Source: Parasutterella excrementihominis (GTDB lineage Bacteria; Bacillota_I; Bacilli_A; RFN20; CAG-826). Taken from it: a DNA stretch of 64,000 nucleotides. Positions 61,904 through 64,000 of the stretch are shown piece after piece (the stretch's first letter is position 1; every line of letters begins with the position of its first letter). The position numbers and the translations under genes were made by a program. The stretch lies in contig CAVECL010000004.1 in the NCBI GenBank assembly GCA_963614595.1, positions 2,268 to 66,267 of the forward strand, given 5' to 3'. The notes below the pieces were generated by a model. That model was not told the DNA's origin. It saw only the letters and a program-made list of their open reading frames with translations, and searched no databases.

Positions 61904-63032
61904 TTATTCTTTGCAAAGCAAATATTCGGCAAATCGAGGGAAAGAGAACTTCAAGTAGCCATATTTCGGATTTTGAAGAATCCCTTTCTTGAGCAGGCGA
62001 TCTCGATATACGCCCATGGTCTTGGAATTGAATCCGCTGCGTTTTCGCAGATCTTCCACCTTTACGGTTTCGTTTGTTTTAAAACTTAGAAGAAGCCGCT
62101 GCTCGTTAGAACTCAACCCCGAGAAGACTTTATCGTAAACGTAATCCCCCATGTATTGATCAAATTCGCTTATCGTTTCTTTGGTTAAATCCTTTTCGCC
62201 CTTGTCATAGAGCAAATGCCCAAGAACTTGGTAAGCGTAGGCGTAGCCATTCGTAAATTTGGCTAGGCTTATAGCTTTGTCCTGATCGATTCCCAAATGA
62301 GTTTCGTAAGAGGAAGCTATGGCGCTGATGCTCAAAGGCTCCAAAGAAATTTTAGGTGCCCTATATAGAAAGGTTAAAGTTGCGTCGTCTTGAAGACGGG
62401 ACACGTTTTTATATAGACCCGTCATCAAGAGCAAAATTTTATAGTCGCGTCGAATAAGGGACTTGTATGCTTGCACGGATTTTTTCATCTCTGGGCTGTT
62501 GTCCACTTCGTCGATTGTAATTAGCACCCTTTTTCCTTTTTTGTTTAGACAGCCGACCATTTTCTTTATTAAACTAATCGCTGTTGTGGCCGGTTCTTTC
62601 CCTTTTAGCGAAAAGCTAACGCCCTGAAATGAAAAGCTAAATTCCCCTTTAAGGAACAATCTTTTCGCAATCGTTGTTTCATAAATCTCTGAAGCCACAT
62701 TCTCTAAGATTTGATCTTTTGGCCCTGGATCAACAACAATCCAGTCATCGCTTTTAGCCAAATAATTTGATACGTTAGAAAGCAAAACCGTTTTTCCGCT
62801 TCCTCTAGGGCCCGTGATAATGTAGGCATAACTCGTGATTGGGCCGGCCGAAAAATCAGAGGTAATTTTTTCCGCTTCCTTGATCCTTTTTTATAGGCGC
62901 GCTCGGTTCGATTCCGAAGGTTATCGTGAATGGATGCCGAAAATCAGAGGTAATTTTTTCCGCTTCCTTGATTCTTTTTATAGGCGCGCTTGGTTCGATT
63001 CCGAAGGTTATCGTGAATGGATTGCCCGTCAT
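61904..63032 (-). pseudogene. P-loop ATPase (archaeal-ATPase/AAA-like with C-terminal wHTH), disrupted by frameshift; carries an in-frame 29-codon duplication
   Basis: GGAGG RBS and ATG at 63032 give MTGNPFTITFGIEPSAPIKRIKEAEKITSDF. The unit is then repeated, and the frame breaks at a T6 tract (62887-62892; T5 in the other copy), giving a stop at 62856-62858. The +1 frame continues KRIKEAEKITSDFSAGPITSYAYIITGPRGSGKT (Walker A) to 61904. Confidence 0.6.
62847..63022 (-). repeat. tandem direct duplication, 89 bp + 87 bp
   Basis: Copy A is 62847-62935 and copy B is 62936-63022. They differ by 2 substitutions and 2 single-base homopolymer indels. Confidence 0.9.
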
Positions 63033-63051
63033 ATTTTGCCTCCTTGATAAA

Positions 63052-63099
63052 TTTAGAACTCTTTAGAACTTTTATTTTCTTTTAGAACTCTTTAGAACT
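63052..63099. repeat. four copies of TTTAGAACT in two 10-bp-phased pairs
   Basis: Copies at 63052-63060, 63062-63070, 63081-63089 and 63091-63099, starting 20 nt upstream of the ATPase start codon. Confidence 0.85.
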
Positions 63100-63186
63100 T
63101 TCAAGGAAAATGCATCTATGCCCCTCGTCTTTTTGCTTTCTCAGTCGCCAGATTCGGCGTTTTCAGTTTGAAGCATGGAATAATTT

Positions 63187-64000
63187 TTAGTTTTTAAGGC
63201 AACCGATTGGAACAACTTTAACGCCAGACTTAAGGTCATAAGCGGTCGATGATCCTGTGATGATGAGAAGCAATGACGGTAAATCCATTTGCATGTAAGG
63301 GTCGGAACAAGAGCCGTTATAAGCGTTTATTTTGCTTTGAATTTGGAGCAGGTGCCTTTCTGCTTCTTCGATTTGTCCTTCTCCCAGTTTCATCTCAATC
63401 AAAGCGTAGCGTCCATCTTTCAATGTGAGAACAGCATCACATTCAAGACCGTTTCGGTCATGATAGTAGTTTATTTCTCCGCCAAATTCTGAGGAGTAGA
63501 TCCTTAAGTCCCGAATGCAAAGGGACTCAAAGAAAAAGCCGAAATCCAAAAGGTTGCGTACTATTGTGTCTTTTGTAAGCGAAAGAGCGGCTATCGCCAG
63601 CGATGGTTCCGATATGTTCTTCTTCGGAATTGAATACATGTTCGCCTTTGATTTCATAAGAGGAGACCATGCTTCCACGTCTTCGATTACGAATAAATCT
63701 TCAAGGGCTCTTTTGTAGTCATAATAGCTGACGTCGCTAAAAGAAAAATCGGTTCCCCTGATTTCTGCGGCGATTTTGGTATTTTTGGCCAATGTGCACA
63801 GGTTCTTTGAATAAACCCTTAGCAGACGTTTTGCTAAAACTGCATTTCTTTTTACGCCATCTACATCGTGAATATCTTTGCTTATGATGTCCTCCACATA
63901 ATCTTTCGCAGTTTCCAGCGCGAGGTCATCGCTGGGCGCGTTCAATGATGTTGGGAAGCCGCCTCTGCAACATGCGAAAATTAGATGGTCAAGGGAGAGA
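63187..64000 (-). CDS. AAA ATPase with C-terminal DUF4143-like domain (5' end outside window)
   Basis: The frame stays open to nt 64000 (...RGGFPTSL...). The C-terminal block DFGFFFESLCIRDLRIY...YYHDRNGLECDAVL...ALIEMKLG is typical of DUF4143/restriction-endonuclease-like ATPases. Confidence 0.6.
   Translation of the reverse strand, partial: LSLDHLIFACCRGGFPTSLNAPSDDLALETAKDYVEDIISKDIHDVDGVKRNAVLAKRLLRVYSKNLCTLAKNTKIAAEIRGTDFSFSDVSYYDYKRALEDLFVIEDVEAWSPLMKSKANMYSIPKKNISEPSLAIAALSLTKDTIVRNLLDFGFFFESLCIRDLRIYSSEFGGEINYYHDRNGLECDAVLTLKDGRYALIEMKLGEGQIEEAERHLLQIQSKINAYNGSCSDPYMQMDLPSLLLIITGSSTAYDLKSGVKVVPIGCLKN

Noticed and set aside
62901-63004. GGTTCGATTCC, identical to a tRNA T-loop/T-arm consensus, present in both copies of the tandem repeat
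   Set aside because: No matching acceptor stem, D-arm or anticodon arm can be drawn in the ~76 nt around either copy. The T-stem has a mismatch. The sequence is in frame as GIEP(S) in the ATPase N-terminus. It is judged coincidental, although a remnant att site cannot be fully excluded.
62847-63022. Possible CRISPR-like or minisatellite array
   Set aside because: There are only two directly abutting copies with no spacers, and they lie inside a coding region. This is a simple tandem duplication.
1-64000. Mollicutes-style genetic code 4 (TGA=Trp)
   Set aside because: All recognisable proteins are full length under the standard code. Several genes terminate at TGA at the expected length, often in ATGA coupling (e.g. 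13603-13605, 23392-23394, 45579-45581, 60481-60483).

Overview
Dense, mostly co-directional carbohydrate-utilisation region from a standard-genetic-code, low/medium-GC Gram-positive-type bacterium; this lineage call is an inference. Ten exported proteins carry lipobox signal peptides and none has an LPXTG anchor. There are four functional blocks. (1) nt ~2.4-27 kb is a beta-1,3/1,6-glucan (laminarin-type) locus. It encodes a GH81 lipoprotein, three GH16 lipoproteins, cytoplasmic GH30, a 1045-aa GH94/149/161-like putative phosphorylase, an ABC importer, surface binding lipoproteins and a LacI regulator. A recurrent GAAA-N-CG-N-TTTC operator motif sits on four of its promoters. (2) nt ~27-38.7 kb holds an unusual 843-aa membrane/zinc-ribbon protein, a MATE pump, GH31, a carboxylesterase, and a 7TMR-DISM histidine kinase with a SARP-like response regulator and an orphan Hpt protein. 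(3) nt ~38.9-47.6 kb is a sulfoquinovose-type (sulfo-transaldolase-like) operon. It has a YihQ-like GH31, FSA/transaldolase, YihU-like reductase, fucose-isomerase-like protein, DUF4867-like protein, TauE exporter, ROK regulator and a GPH symporter. The YihQ homologue appears to carry Gln where the sulfonate-binding Arg is expected. (4) nt ~48.6-61.8 kb is a mixed starch/galactan ABC locus: GH13, an SBP fused to a CBM-like domain, MalFG-like permeases, an MsmX-type ATPase, two GH53 enzymes, an unknown 609-aa protein and an overlapping 86-aa Cys4 protein. The last ~2 kb looks more AT-rich and carries two ATPase genes, one disrupted by an 87/89-bp tandem duplication plus a homopolymer frameshift. 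A 21-bp AT-rich palindrome (TTWWTTAA-N5-TTAAWWAA) recurs in four promoter regions. No rRNA, tRNA, CRISPR array or transposase was seen.
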